A stretch of 64,000 bases of DNA from assembly GCF_902713615.1 (NCBI RefSeq), contig NC_052161.1:119514636-119578635 (forward strand). The letters run 5' to 3'. This document shows, in pieces, positions 63,029 to 64,000 of this stretch (positions within the stretch are counted from its first letter, which is position 1; every line of letters begins with the position of its first letter). The notes under the pieces were generated by a model. That model was not told the origin of the DNA, did no database searches, and worked only from the letters and a program-made list of their open reading frames with translations. The position numbers and the translations under genes are program-made. The stretch is from Scyliorhinus canicula (lineage: Eukaryota).

Positions 63029-64000
63029 CGTAAAAACCACTTAATCCGTGGGTGGGATCGCACTTCGTCCCTGGGTGAGATTCTAATGTGCTTACAAATG
63101 CACACGAACCTCGAAGTAATTTCTTTCCTCCTTTTTCTTTATTCAATCACCTCTTCTTGCGACTGGATGTCCTCTGATGATCTACTACCCCAGGTGATTT
63201 AATGACTTTGTTCTTCCAATAGGAAGTCTCTCCCTTTCTGAGCACTTGGCCGAAGTTCAGGCGAATGTGGTGCTTTTAAGTAAACGGCTGGACAATAATC
63301 ATAGTTATCATAGAATTTACAGTGCAGAAGGAGGCCATTCGGCCCATCGAGTCTGCACCGGCTCTTGGAAAGAGCACCCTACCCAAGGTCAACACCTCCA
63401 CCCTATCCCCACAACCCAGTAACCCCACCCAACACTAAGGGCAATTTTGGACACTAAGGGCAATTTATCATGGCCAATCCACCTAACCTGCACATCTTTT
63501 GGACTGTGGGAGGAAACCGGAGCACCCGGAAGAAACCCACGCACACACAGGGAGGATGTGCAGACTCCGCACAGACAGTGACCCAAGCCGGAATCGAACC
63601 TGGGACCCTGGAGCTGTGAAGCCATTGTGCTATCCACAATGCTACCGTGCTGCCCAAAGGCAATGCTACCGTAAGGCATGACCGTGCCTAGATTTCCAAT
63701 AGTGCAGGCCCACTGGGCAAGGATCTTTTGCTCAGAGCATTTAAATAATAACACTACCCTCCATGATTGTAGGGAGGGTGCTTAATCACGATGGGTAGAA
63801 CAGATGAGCCTGATTCCTGTCTTCACGCACCATTTTCCCACTTACCCTTTCAGCACACATTTCTGTGTAACGATTAAACACAGAAGCCCTCTCATTTTCC
63901 CCGAAAGGATAAGCAGAAAGGTCAAAGGAAATGTCTTCATCCGGAAGGTTGCTGGGACGTACAACAGGCTAGAAGACTCTTTTGCATCTTTTAACACGAG

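Overview
Vertebrate genomic DNA, almost certainly from a shark or other elasmobranch (inferred from HE1/V-SINE-type and Deu-domain SINEs). Host genes: (1) CPTP/GLTPD1 on the minus strand, two coding exons, 213 aa. (2) The 5' end of INTS11/CPSF3L on the plus strand, head-to-head with CPTP across a compact bidirectional promoter near 57.5 kb. (3) A 10-finger C2H2 zinc-finger gene on the minus strand, with a probable ATG-bearing first exon and promoter near 26.8 kb. Much of the rest is repeats: a ~4.6 kb 45-bp tandem array with an 810-bp higher-order duplication, two near-full-length decayed L1-clade LINEs, a 750-bp internally deleted mini-L1, about 30 tRNA-derived SINEs built from swappable heads and tails, CR1, Rex1/Babar, Penelope and Gypsy fragments, and hAT elements. 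Main oddities: Penelope-derived minimal hammerhead ribozyme cores (one in sense orientation in the CPTP intron); a ~229-bp almost loop-free palindrome; an L1 and a SINE sharing one triplicated target site; and a possible decayed plus-strand gene whose exon was split by the satellite expansion. No CRISPR array, rRNA or genuine tRNA gene is supported. All calls were made by eye, repeat boundaries are approximate, and family names are from memory, not database searches.
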